Assembly (NCBI GenBank): GCA_951406725.2
Contig: OX597817.1
Location: forward strand, 126,604,001 to 126,668,000
Reading direction: 5' to 3'
Length of the DNA: 64,000 nucleotides
Source: Octopus vulgaris
Taxonomy: Eukaryota
The position numbers and the translations under genes were made by a program. Positions 52,326 through 64,000 of the stretch are shown one piece after another; position 1 is the stretch's first letter, and each line of letters starts with the position of its first letter. Under the pieces are notes generated by a model that had not been told where the DNA came from, did no database searches, and saw only the letters and a program-made list of their open reading frames with translations.

Positions 52326-55300
52326 TGACAGATCCCGTCTTTTTCCCTTTCTTTTCGTTTCCTTCTCCGTATTTTATTCTCATTATTTCGAACTAATACA
52401 GACACAGTAAGCTTTGAAGAAAGGAAGAGGAGGAAAGGAAAAAAAAAAAAAAAAAAAAAAATGTCCGGAGATAAAACTATCAACAAAAAAAATACAGACG
52501 AATATAGATCTGCTAGTCTTAAGAAGCGGCGCTATGAGCAATGCTTACACGTAGTGAACCCTAAACTGACAGATCCATCTCCTAATATAAGAATGGATGC
52601 TCGTCATGCTTCAAGGTCAACAAATCAAACAATAAACCGCATTGGTCATTGCGCGGATTACAAAAGACCACGTACCCGAAAATTGAACCAAATCCTGATT
52701 GAAAAATCAGTTACTGGATCAAATCTTCCCAACACACAGGAGCTGGACGAACCCCACAACCGGAATATTCCAACAGATGGCCATCCATGCTCATCACCAA
52801 ATAATCAAAAGAAAAAGAAGGAAAAATGGTCTAGGGAAGATAATAAAGAAGTTCTTGAGGCCTTCTACCATGCCATATATTTCCCCACAGATAAGTCTAG
52901 CACTGTACAAGCATACTTAAACTGGAGACAGAAACACCCTGAAGTAAGACCCTACATAGACAGTAACAAGCTTGCCAATGTTAGAAGAAACATTATAAAA
53001 AAGAAATTACTGACTGAAGTAGAGATTGATCAGGTTAGACAAGCAATATCGGATAAAATGAACGAAGCTGCAGCTAGAGAAGATAATACAGAGGAAATGA
53101 TTATAGACCAGCCCAGAGCGGATAAAAACGAAGAGAGGATTGAAAGAGTTAGTATAAGTGATAGGCAAAGTGAAATACGCCCTGAACCAATCATAAACAC
53201 TAAGACAGATGAGCATCAAATAGATAAAGAAAGTCACACAAATATTGACCCAACAGAACTACATGAGCTAAAAAATCAAATCATGATTGAATGGCTGAAA
53301 ATTAAAGAAACCAGCATGGATGAGCGTGATACACTTCCTAAAATCCGCAACTCTAACCAAAACATGAAAATAATTGGTAAAATCCGGCTTGCACTTAGGG
53401 ATATAATTTCAGTTAATGATGTTGATATCACAAACCTCAACCACCTATACTATGCATCCGCGAAAATCTCAACGATCCTATGTGGTGTAAAGATTAGAAA
53501 ACGGCAACAGTCCCACAAAAAGCCTTCTTGGCAAGAGCGTCTGCAACAACAAATTAAAATATTTAGATCTGACATTGAATATTTGAAAAACCTTAAGGCT
53601 CACAAGATTACCAAACCTACAAAAACCCCAAAATTACTGAAAAAATACAATATGAAAACTATACTTGATATTGATGCCACCATAGAAACCATCAAACAAA
53701 AGGTATCTGCCAAAGCTGCCCGCATAGCGAGGTATGAAAAGCGTGTTAGATTTTTCAAGGACAACAACATGTTCAAAAATAACACCAAGAATTTTTACAG
53801 GAAGATGGGAAAAACAGCGTTTACTGCAGGGTCTGTACCATCAAAAGAAGAAGTGCAGAGATTTTGGAATAAAATCTGGGCAGAAGAAAAAACACACAAC
53901 GAAAAGGCCCCCTGGATTGACAGAATATCCACAGAACTGGACCCCTTAGAAGAGCAAAAGTGGGAGGGTGTCAAGGTAGAAGATATAAGATCTGCTCTCA
54001 GGAGGTCAAGCAAATGGAAGTCTCCAGGAAAGGATAAAATTCCTAACTTCTGGCTGAATGCCTTCCCAGAGAGCCATGAACTGCTAACAGAACTGTACAA
54101 TGATGTTTTGCAACACCCTAGTAGGATGCCTCCTTGGCTAGTTAATGGGTTAACATTCCTGCTTCCAAAAAGTGAAGAAACAAATGAACCAAAAAACTAT
54201 AGACCCATAACTTGCTTAACAACTATGTACAAAACACTAACATCTGTCCTGACGGAATATACCTATAGTTTTTTAACAGACAGCAGCATATTCCCTAATG
54301 AACAGAAAGGATGTAAACGTGGATCCTACGGCTGTAAAGACCAACTACTCATCAATAAGATGATCTTAGAAGATTGTCACAAACGACACAAAAACTTATC
54401 AATAGCCTGGATAGACTATAAAAAGGCTTTTGATAGCCTACCACATAGCTGGATTAGGAAATGCCTTGAAATGTATAAGATAGCACCAACTCTGCGAAAC
54501 TTCTTGACTGTAAGTATGAGATCATGGAGAACCACACTAACTCTGAACAGTGACAGTGAATCCCTAAATGCTGGTGATGTAAAAATTTCGTGTGGCATTT
54601 TCCAGGGTGACTCACTGTCACCACTCCTCTTTTGTTTATCCTTAATACCTCTCTCAAAGCTGCTCAATGACGCGCAGTACGGGTATAAATTGTTTGATAA
54701 AAATATAAATCATCTCGTTTACATGGATGATTTAAAGCTTTTTGCAAAAAATGATCAACAACTCAAGGGCTTACTAGCGATAGTCAAACAATTCAGTGAC
54801 GACATCAGAATGCAATTCGGCCTCGATAAATGTGCAAAGGCTACCTTTATCAAAGGAAAAATGACAGAAACATCTAACGTTAACCTTGACCAACAGAATG
54901 TCATAAAAGAACTAGACCCAGCGGAGAGCTACAAGTACCTAGGGATAATTGAAGGGAACGGAATAAGGCATTCAGAGATGAAGGAAAGGATCAGGAGAGA
55001 ATGCTATCGAAGAGTGAGAGCAATACTCAAGACAGAGCTGAATGCAAGAAACAGGATCGAAGCAATCAATGCATTAGCTATACCAGTCGTGACTTACAGT
55101 TTCAATATTGTTAACTGGTCAATTACTGAAATATGTCAGCTCGACAGAAAAATAAGGAAACTGTTGACAATGCATAGAATGCACCACCCTAAGGCAGATA
55201 CAGAACGACTCTATCTGCCAAGAAAAGAGGGAGGCCGTGGTCTTTTGCAACTGGCAATAACAATGAAGATTGCTACAATTGGCCTAGACACCTACCTGAA

Positions 55301-56500
55301 AAACTCTGAGGACTGGATGCTAAAACTTGTCTCAAAACATGAAAACAAGAAAGCATCATACTCAGTCACAACACAGGCAAAGGAATATCTAAGTGAATTC
55401 CGAATACAACCAATTTCGGAATTAGAGATAGATATACAAGAAACAAGCACAGAAAAAGCTAGGCGCATGAAAACCCGTGCCAAAACTGCGGCCTTAGATA
55501 TTCTGAATAATAAATGGCAAGAAAAACCTCTCTATGGCAAATACCCAAAGAGAGCGAATAATGCAGATATCGACAAAGCCCTGACCCATCAATGGCTAAT
55601 GGCCTCTGGCTTAAAATCTGAAACAGAGGGGTTTATCATAGCAGCTCAAGATCAATGCCTACCAACAAGAAACTACCAGGCCAACATATTAAAGATCAGA
55701 AGCAGTCCAACGTGTCGTGTATGCAAGCAACAAAATGAAACCATTGACCATGTGGTCTCCAAGTGCAGTCTTCTAGCGCCTACAGAGTATCTCAACAGGC
55801 ACGATAGAGCTGCACAATATATTCACTGGGTAATCTGTAAAAACCTGGATTTGCCCCATGAAAAAAACTGGTGGGAACACAAACCACCCCCAGTGCTTGA
55901 AAATGACCACATCTCACTCCTCTGGAACTTCACCATTCAAACTGACAGGAAGATAGATGCAAATAGGCCAGACATCATATTGAAAAACTTCAAACAAAGA
56001 ACATGCCTCCTCATTGATATGACTGTCCCAATCGATATAAACGTATCTGTCAAGACCTACCAAAAACTGAGCAAATATAAAGATCTTGAAATAGAAATCA
56101 GCAAAATGTGGAAGCTGAAGACTAAAACAATACCTGTTGTCATAGGTGCCCTGGGAATGATAGCAAAAGGGGCTGATAGCTACCTAACTCAGATACCAGG
56201 AAACCCAAAAATGGCAGAAGTTCAAAAGATAGTGCTCATGGGAACTGCTCATATCCTACGCAAAATACTCTCTATGTAATCTCAAGGTTTAAAACAAACA
56301 TAATTTTCGGTTTAAAAAAAAAAAAAAAAAAAAACCTTTTTTTTTCTTTTTAGACATTCATTAGTACAACATCCCCACCCCCCAAATATATGGCACACTA
56401 GGCATAACAACAACATGAACTTCCAACCCTGTTGTCTCTTGAGGTCTCTGGGTGAGACTTGGAGCCAACTTGTACAAATATAAAGCAAAAGTCAAACATA

Positions 56501-56501
<1 letters not shown>
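52326..56501 (+). mobile_element. Apparently full-length Dong/R4-like retrotransposon in a (TAA)n target
   Basis: The ~220-bp 3' UTR runs straight into (AAT)n at 56502-56540. The 5' side is preceded by degenerate TAATAACAATAATAAC (52310-52325). Dong elements are established TAA-microsatellite-targeting REL elements. The 5' boundary is inferred. Confidence 0.8.
52461..56279 (+). CDS. Intact single ORF of an R4/Dong-clade non-LTR retrotransposon (RT + CCHC zinc knuckle + restriction-like endonuclease)
   Basis: 1272 aa without stops. RT motifs KSPGKDKI, NYRPITCL, WIDYKKAFDSLPH, GIFQGDSLSPLLF, YMDDLKL, YKYLG. C-terminal CRVCKQQNETIDHVVSKC (C-x2-C-x8-H-x4-C), YLNRHD, and NRPDIIL...IDMTVP...KLSKY (REL PD-(D/E)xK). 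No APE domain. The true start codon may be a downstream Met. Confidence 0.93.
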   Translation: MSGDKTINKKNTDEYRSASLKKRRYEQCLHVVNPKLTDPSPNIRMDARHASRSTNQTINRIGHCADYKRPRTRKLNQILIEKSVTGSNLPNTQELDEPHNRNIPTDGHPCSSPNNQKKKKEKWSREDNKEVLEAFYHAIYFPTDKSSTVQAYLNWRQKHPEVRPYIDSNKLANVRRNIIKKKLLTEVEIDQVRQAISDKMNEAAAREDNTEEMIIDQPRADKNEERIERVSISDRQSEIRPEPIINTKTDEHQIDKESHTNIDPTELHELKNQIMIEWLKIKETSMDERDTLPKIRNSNQNMKIIGKIRLALRDIISVNDVDITNLNHLYYASAKISTILCGVKIRKRQQSHKKPSWQERLQQQIKIFRSDIEYLKNLKAHKITKPTKTPKLLKKYNMKTILDIDATIETIKQKVSAKAARIARYEKRVRFFKDNNMFKNNTKNFYRKMGKTAFTAGSVPSKEEVQRFWNKIWAEEKTHNEKAPWIDRISTELDPLEEQKWEGVKVEDIRSALRRSSKWKSPGKDKIPNFWLNAFPESHELLTELYNDVLQHPSRMPPWLVNGLTFLLPKSEETNEPKNYRPITCLTTMYKTLTSVLTEYTYSFLTDSSIFPNEQKGCKRGSYGCKDQLLINKMILEDCHKRHKNLSIAWIDYKKAFDSLPHSWIRKCLEMYKIAPTLRNFLTVSMRSWRTTLTLNSDSESLNAGDVKISCGIFQGDSLSPLLFCLSLIPLSKLLNDAQYGYKLFDKNINHLVYMDDLKLFAKNDQQLKGLLAIVKQFSDDIRMQFGLDKCAKATFIKGKMTETSNVNLDQQNVIKELDPAESYKYLGIIEGNGIRHSEMKERIRRECYRRVRAILKTELNARNRIEAINALAIPVVTYSFNIVNWSITEICQLDRKIRKLLTMHRMHHPKADTERLYLPRKEGGRGLLQLAITMKIATIGLDTYLKNSEDWMLKLVSKHENKKASYSVTTQAKEYLSEFRIQPISELEIDIQETSTEKARRMKTRAKTAALDILNNKWQEKPLYGKYPKRANNADIDKALTHQWLMASGLKSETEGFIIAAQDQCLPTRNYQANILKIRSSPTCRVCKQQNETIDHVVSKCSLLAPTEYLNRHDRAAQYIHWVICKNLDLPHEKNWWEHKPPPVLENDHISLLWNFTIQTDRKIDANRPDIILKNFKQRTCLLIDMTVPIDINVSVKTYQKLSKYKDLEIEISKMWKLKTKTIPVVIGALGMIAKGADSYLTQIPGNPKMAEVQKIVLMGTAHILRKILSM

Positions 56502-56541
<40 letters not shown>

Positions 56542-56599
56542 TGTATGTATGTGTGTGTGTATATCGCATTCATCTATCACCACCATACGGCTCGTATAT

Positions 56600-57180
56600 A
56601 ACCTCTAATCGAGAAAACCAAAAGAATCGTCTTTACGTTTTTGTTACGGATAGTGAAGAATAGAGAATTTACGTCAATATGAAGTAGAGTGACGAATGGC
56701 AGAGTCCGGATAAGCAAGCAGTTCCTCAAGCTGGATCTGCATCTTCCAAGGAAAGGAATTGAGTTTGTTGAGATTGAAAAGAGCTGGTCGACTACGAATT
56801 ATTTGACACGATCAATGCACAACTTTAAATACCCTGGATTAACGAGGAAGTTCAGCTCAGACCAACTGAAAGGCTAATTTGATCGCTTCAAGATCTCTAA
56901 TTCTAACTATTCAAGAGCAATACTGAGAAGTTCTATTGCACCGATTATTTTCTTCTATTATTGTGCCTCCAGATTATTGCTTTGTTGTAACACTACAACA
57001 GTCTACAATGTGCTCCGTTCAACAAGTCCCTGAAACCAAAAAATTGACTCAATTAATTTTCGAGTGAAGACTCACTGATTATACTGTCTAGGTATTCTCA
57101 AGCCATTGGGTCGTAGAAAAGATGTCGTGAAATATGAAGGAAAAATATATTAGTGACAGAAATGTCAAAATTTTTGACTA
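56600..57180 (+). mobile_element. Highly degraded mariner transposase remnant
   Basis: Fragments WQSPDKQA..., ELVDYELF..TINA, EVLLH...PPDY resemble mariner catalytic-domain motifs. Confidence 0.45.
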
Positions 57181-57979
57181 TACACATTGATTAAAATAGT
57201 CAGAAATAAAGGACGAATTTATTTGAGAAGCCACAGTGTGTGTGTGTATGTGTGTTTGTAAGTTGCTTGGTTATTAGTTCGAGATGTGCTGTTCTTTCTT
57301 TCGTGGGGCACAGCATGTACAATGTTTTCCGAAAAATCTTACCGTTGTGAGGTATTTGAGTAGGGATTTACAATCGATGTACAAAAGAAATGTTACAAGA
57401 ACTATAGAGTAAATCACTATAGATGATAAAAGGTTTGGAATCCAGGAGTAATGTACTACGAGTCCAGTGTGTGCTGAGCTATATAAAGTACAGTTGCCTG
57501 AAATGAACTTCCGTAGGAGTTGAATGGACAAAGCTGATGTCAATAATCAATAACTTTAAATCACAAGAAGGAAAACGTCAGAACATACTCAGTAAATAAG
57601 ACGAAAACTGGAATATGTTACTGGCCTACGAAAGATATGTCAAGGAATTCTCTTAAGTATTTATTCATTTTTGCTTCGCAGCATGAACTATTTTATGTTT
57701 TGTCTTTCTTTGACGTTTATATAATTGGCTCATGGGTCGTCCAAACACAAGTGATTCGGTGTCAACGAATTAGTATGTTTGTGTTTCATAGTATGAATAA
57801 TGCAAACATAGTGAGGGTTACGGTAAATGTGTCCTCAAAACATTTAGCCGCCCACTTAAGAACGCAGATATAAAAGACAAGTACACTCAAACTCTTATTT
57901 AGAAACACACACTTCATCTCACTAAGACATACGATGGTAGTTCCGCTATCACGCGAAATGAAGATGAAAGAAATGCAGT

Positions 57980-59391
<1,412 letters not shown>

Positions 59392-59890
59392 AAAGCTGTG
59401 ACACGAGAAGATATTAATAAATCGGGTATAGCTGATCATGTATGGAAAAATGGAGACCACCTACCACTGTGGGATGAAGTGAAAATAATAGACAGAGAAC
59501 CCCACTGGAAAATACGAAAACTAAAAGAAGCAGCACGTATGCTAGGGCACAACATCCTTCCAAGCAGGTCGAGTACATATATGAGCAGCATATGAGAACC
59601 GGTATTACGGAAGGATAGGGAAATATTAGATTTATAAGCCCTAAAATTCAATCCATATTTGCCCACGGGCATATGGTGTAGTGGTTAAGAGCGCGGCCTA
59701 CTAACCCCGATTCCAAGCAGTAACCTTAATAATAATAAAAATAATAATAATAACAACAGCAACAACAACAATAACAACGGAAAAATACCTTAGGAATGAG
59801 AACCCTGGTTCTAAGTTTGCCCAAGACATCTCATGTTGGCTGGAGGGTAATATCAGCAGAAACGTGTTAAATGTAAATAATATAAATGAT
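59392..59890 (+). mobile_element. Inverted duplicate of the 3' end of the adjacent PLE
   Basis: KSGIADHVWKNGDHLPLWDEVKIIDREPHWKIRKLKEAARMLGH mirrors 58480-58710. Followed by the tRNA-like segment, (TAA/CAA)n and a degenerate hammerhead at 59826-59868. Confidence 0.85.
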
Positions 59891-60105
59891 TTACATAATC
59901 CCTCTAAATATAGAACTGAAATGCTGTACATTTAAGTCGACGGTAATCATAAAGTTCATCGAAAGCGAAGAACCCGTACGGCGATAAGTAGTTTTACTTT
60001 CTTTGTTTTCGGGTATATGGAAAGCAGGAACGAGAAAATGGAAGGGAGATTCTCTCAGGATCAAGACAGGTATTAATGGCACAGTCATATACACCTATTT
60101 ATATA

Positions 60106-60141
<36 letters not shown>

Positions 60142-60227
60142 ATCTATATAAACGTATACTTTCTATAGATAGATAAATAGATAGACAGAGACAGACAGAA
60201 GACAGACAGACAAGTAGACAGACAGAA

Positions 60228-60264
<37 letters not shown>

Positions 60265-60275
60265 TATAGAGAGAG

Positions 60276-60319
<44 letters not shown>

Positions 60320-61224
60320 TAGATAAGTAGGTAGATATATATCAGCATACAAATAATATCAATAAATTTTCATATCGATATCGGTATATCAAAAAATATA
60401 CGTGCTTATTATATTAATATGTATATGTGGGTGTATGTGTGCATGTGTTTGCAAAAAGAAAAAAGAGCAAGTAAGAAACAAAAAGAAGAGGTATAAGGGT
60501 TTTAAGATCGTTTGCCAGTATGCAAAATGAATATGCTGAAGCATAGAGTGTAACGATTTGATAAATGAAAGAAAAGCCATGGAAAGAAATATGTAGCCCG
60601 CGCAGTCGGGATATAATTAACTAAATTGTTCCCACTCTCTAGTTATGTAGGTAGCAGTTCTGTGTTAATGATAGAGATCTAAGTTTAAGTTTCGCAAAAA
60701 CGGGCAGATATTTATTTCATCTTTGGTAGGTGCCAAAAATGTTACGAATATCATTTATGAACGAGCTGCCTTCTAGATTATATAAGGCATCTATCAAGAA
60801 AAAGAATACTTGAAAATTAAAAATGGTACGTAAATTGTTGAAACATAAGTATATTTCTTCAACAAACCATTTACATGAATGCGCACATGTGTATATATGT
60901 ATGTATGTATGTATATATGTATGTATGTATGTATGTATGTAAGCTGTTTGTTTTTAGCTATATATGTATTTATATATATACATGTATGTATATATATGCA
61001 TGTGTATACGAGCGGAAGTAATATATTATCCACACTTTCGCCATAAAATATAATTACTTTAGTCACATTGTCTTCTGTGCATGCCTATATTTGGAACTAT
61101 TGTGGTCATATGATTGAAGTTTGAGCCTCATCACGCCATTTTTTATCTGCCTTTACAGTGTAAGCATAGCCGTCCCAATAGCAAAATGCACTAAAAAAAA
61201 ATTAAAAAATAAAGAGCAGTGATT

Positions 61225-61677
61225 CGAGTGATGTTAATGGTGAACCGGTTTACCATTACTATTTCTCTAGCTCGCTGAATATTCTCGTCAGTGGTGGTGC
61301 TTGACGGACATCCTGTGCTCTCCTCGTGCACAACGCTATACCGTACACTTTTAACTTTCTCGATCCAATTACACACACATCTACACGGTAGTGCACGGTC
61401 CCCGTATCGTGCTAAAAACCACCGATGAATTTCAGCACCTAACACGTTTCGACCAGAGAAATCTGACCACAGCTCCTTGTTCTTCTTTGGTGCACATTGC
61501 TAGTAGTGTGGCCATGCTTACACTGTAAAGCAAAATAGAAAAATGGCGTTGTCAGGTTCAAACTTCGATCACGTGGCCACAATTGTACTAGTTATTAACA
61601 TATATGCGCAGTAAGCGGTGTGACTATAATAGATATGTTATGGCGAAAGTGCGAATAACATTTGACTTTCCTTCGAA

Positions 61678-61682
<5 letters not shown>
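61225..61682 (-). mobile_element. Mariner 5' fragment (HTH region + TIR)
   Basis: GAEIHRWFLARYGDRALPCRCVCNWIEKVKSVRYSVVHEESTGCPSSTTTDENIQRAREIVMVNR. TIR-like end TTTGACTTTCCTTCGAATA abuts (TA)n. Confidence 0.75.
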
Positions 61683-61760
<78 letters not shown>

Positions 61761-61848
61761 TATATATATATATATATGTAGATTGATATATAGATAGACA
61801 GACAGATTAGTGTATACGTATCTCTGTGTGTGTATGTATTTATGTATG

Positions 61849-61903
<55 letters not shown>

Positions 61904-62615
61904 GTATGTATGTATATATATGTATGTATGTATGTACGTATGTATGTATGTGTGTGTGTAACCGATGAACCGTTTTACATATACATGCGTGTGTGTTTAT
62001 GTATGTATGTATATTCGTGTGTATGTGCATTCATAAATTGTTTCCTTCCGCCAACCGCTTGCCAGTCGTGAAAGTAGAGGTTCAGCAAAGAATACCGATA
62101 CCTATTGGATTCGATCCCTTCGAGTGAAAACTTTCAAGAGTGAGTCCCGATATGGCTGCAATCCAATGACTGGAACAAGTGAAAGCTAAAAGGTGCCTGT
62201 GCATGTATTCATTTATATATGTATACACACAATCACACACACCATACACACACACACACACACACACAAACAGACGCACGTGCACACGCAAGTATACACA
62301 TACGCATGCACCGCACACACATGCGTACACACACGTACACACATACACTATGAGATGGCTGTGTTAAATTTGAATCACAACTTTTATAACAATGCATTTT
62401 AGCTTCAAGAATTTACTGATTTTTTGAATTTATTGTTAGGAATACTGTCTACTTGCCTGAAAAATTATTTGAGGTTTTCAATGCTCCCTCAAGCAAAAAT
62501 GGAAAACCGCAATGGAAGCGTGGGTCGAAGTCTGCAAAGGACTAAGGTGAACTTCTGTTCCAACATTATATGATTTTTTAAAATTTTCTAAACCGTCAAA
62601 CATTTTATAAACACA

Positions 62616-62651
<36 letters not shown>

Positions 62652-62850
62652 ATAATAATATAGGGTGAAATTAATTAATTTGGAATAATCATTAATTTCA
62701 CCAAGTAGATTTCGGCATGTAAAAGCCCCATTCAAGGAAGGTTTAAGTGATCTCCCTTTTAAGTAGAAAGAATAGCCATAACTTTTTGACTGCTGTTTCT
62801 AAATTCGGTGTGTGGTGAGGCAAATCGTTGCTAAACCCTTAATTACTTAG

Positions 62851-62944
<94 letters not shown>

Positions 62945-62947
<3 letters not shown>

Positions 62948-63580
62948 CACGTAGGGGTACACAAAATTAAACGGAAGCGTTTTCTGTGGGACAAGCTAGT
63001 TGCTGTTGAGACCTCTCATACGTCCCTCAGTCATCAGTTCGCCAACCGGCGGCGTCGTTCAATGTCGGACTGCTACGGTATGCGTCTCTCTTTTTAGCAA
63101 TGTTTCGCCCCTGTTCGGCGATCTTTGTGATGACTAAAACGAAGGAGAAGCGTGTTCCGTGAAATTTTGCTTTCTGCTAGGGAAAACATTTGTTTTATTT
63201 GAAATAGTTTACAAGAAGGCTGCCTTGACCAAAACAGAGTTTTACGAATGTCTTTCACGCTGTATGGATGCTCAGCTGTCGTTTGAAAACCAACTTCGTT
63301 CAGGGCGACTGCCGACCTTCTGAACGAATGACAATATCACGAAAATTCATGAAGTGCACTTGGAGGGCCGTCACTGAACAATCGACTAATTTGTTGATAT
63401 GAATGATGTATCAGCGAGCTCCAGCCAACAAATACTGAGCGAGGAATTTCGAATGAAACGAGTTGCAGCAAAATTAATGACCTGCTTTCTCATGGACGAT
63501 CAAAAGCAATCGAGACTGAGTGCGGACGTTTTTTTTCGAAGGTCATCACTGTTGACGAAAGTTGGTGCTACGGAATTTGC
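62945..63580 (+). mobile_element. Mariner 5' half remnant
   Basis: VKFCFLLGK...RSGRLPT...ENITKIHE-like...QQILSEEFRMKRVAAKLM...DDQKQSRL...VITVDESWCYG (first catalytic D). Frameshifted. Confidence 0.75.
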
Positions 63581-64000
63581 AGATGTGGAAATGATGGGCG
63601 ATGGGTTCAGGCTCTTCCAAGATTTCAAGATTACTGCCAAGTTCCCTTACGGATTTGCAATCCTCCTCGACAATGGAATGTGATTTTTGCTACTTTCAAG
63701 TTTTCACCCAAGTCACATCGTCCACTTCTCTGCACTGGATAAGTACCGGTTTATTGCTATTGTGGAGGTCTTATAGCACAGTCCTACCTGCAGCATTCCG
63801 CTTCCTCACTTCTAGAGTAGGTATAGTTGATCATTATCTGCTTTTGGATGGTGCATGTTGTTAGAAGTTACTAGTTTTCTTGTCTTCCTGTTCAGGCGTT
63901 GTAGCTTTGGAAGATTCTAGTTAAATTTATTAAAACTATATTGGACTACTCGAAGTATCAGGATGTTAATGGCTTCGATACGACTTTTAGAGTTGGGTTC

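Noticed and set aside
52699-55483. Short overlapping and antisense ORFs inside the Dong ORF
   Set aside because: Shadow frames of the long coding sequence.
59667-59720. Genuine tRNA gene
   Set aside because: Only the A-box/D-arm half is recognisable, the T-arm is deleted, and it sits inside a PLE repeat. SINE heads elsewhere were rejected as tRNA genes because they run directly into SINE bodies.
62700-62745. Hammerhead-like motif on the minus strand (TTGAATG-GGGC..GCC-GAAAT)
   Set aside because: The core deviates at essential positions and stem I is not convincing.
63600-63880. Possible LINE endonuclease remnant on the minus strand
   Set aside because: Similarity too weak and interrupted to support by eye.

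Overview
AT-rich, microsatellite-dense eukaryotic DNA made almost entirely of transposable elements; I could not identify any host exon with confidence. The SINE families and repeat landscape look like an octopus/cephalopod genome (inference from recognition, not a search). The only long ORF (52461-56279, 1272 aa) is an intact R4/Dong-type non-LTR retrotransposon (RT, CCHC knuckle, restriction-like endonuclease) inserted in (TAA)n. The rest is decayed Penelope-like elements (PLEs) of at least three lineages (Neptune-like, Naiad-like, Penelope/Poseidon-like), several in inverted arrangements, plus CR1 and RTE LINE 3' fragments, six mariner remnants, a hAT MITE and tRNA-derived SINEs. The most interesting signal is RNA-level: many minimal type I hammerhead ribozyme motifs. 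These include a non-coding ~360-bp retrozyme-like family (3 loci) with a U3-A8 covariant core, covarying hairpins, (TA)n association and an inversion junction within 1-2 nt of the predicted self-cleavage site. A PLE terminal repeat also carries a tRNA-like head, a (TAA)n spacer and a hammerhead. Most short ORFs in the supplied track are microsatellite artefacts. Boundaries of degraded elements are approximate and identities were judged by eye.
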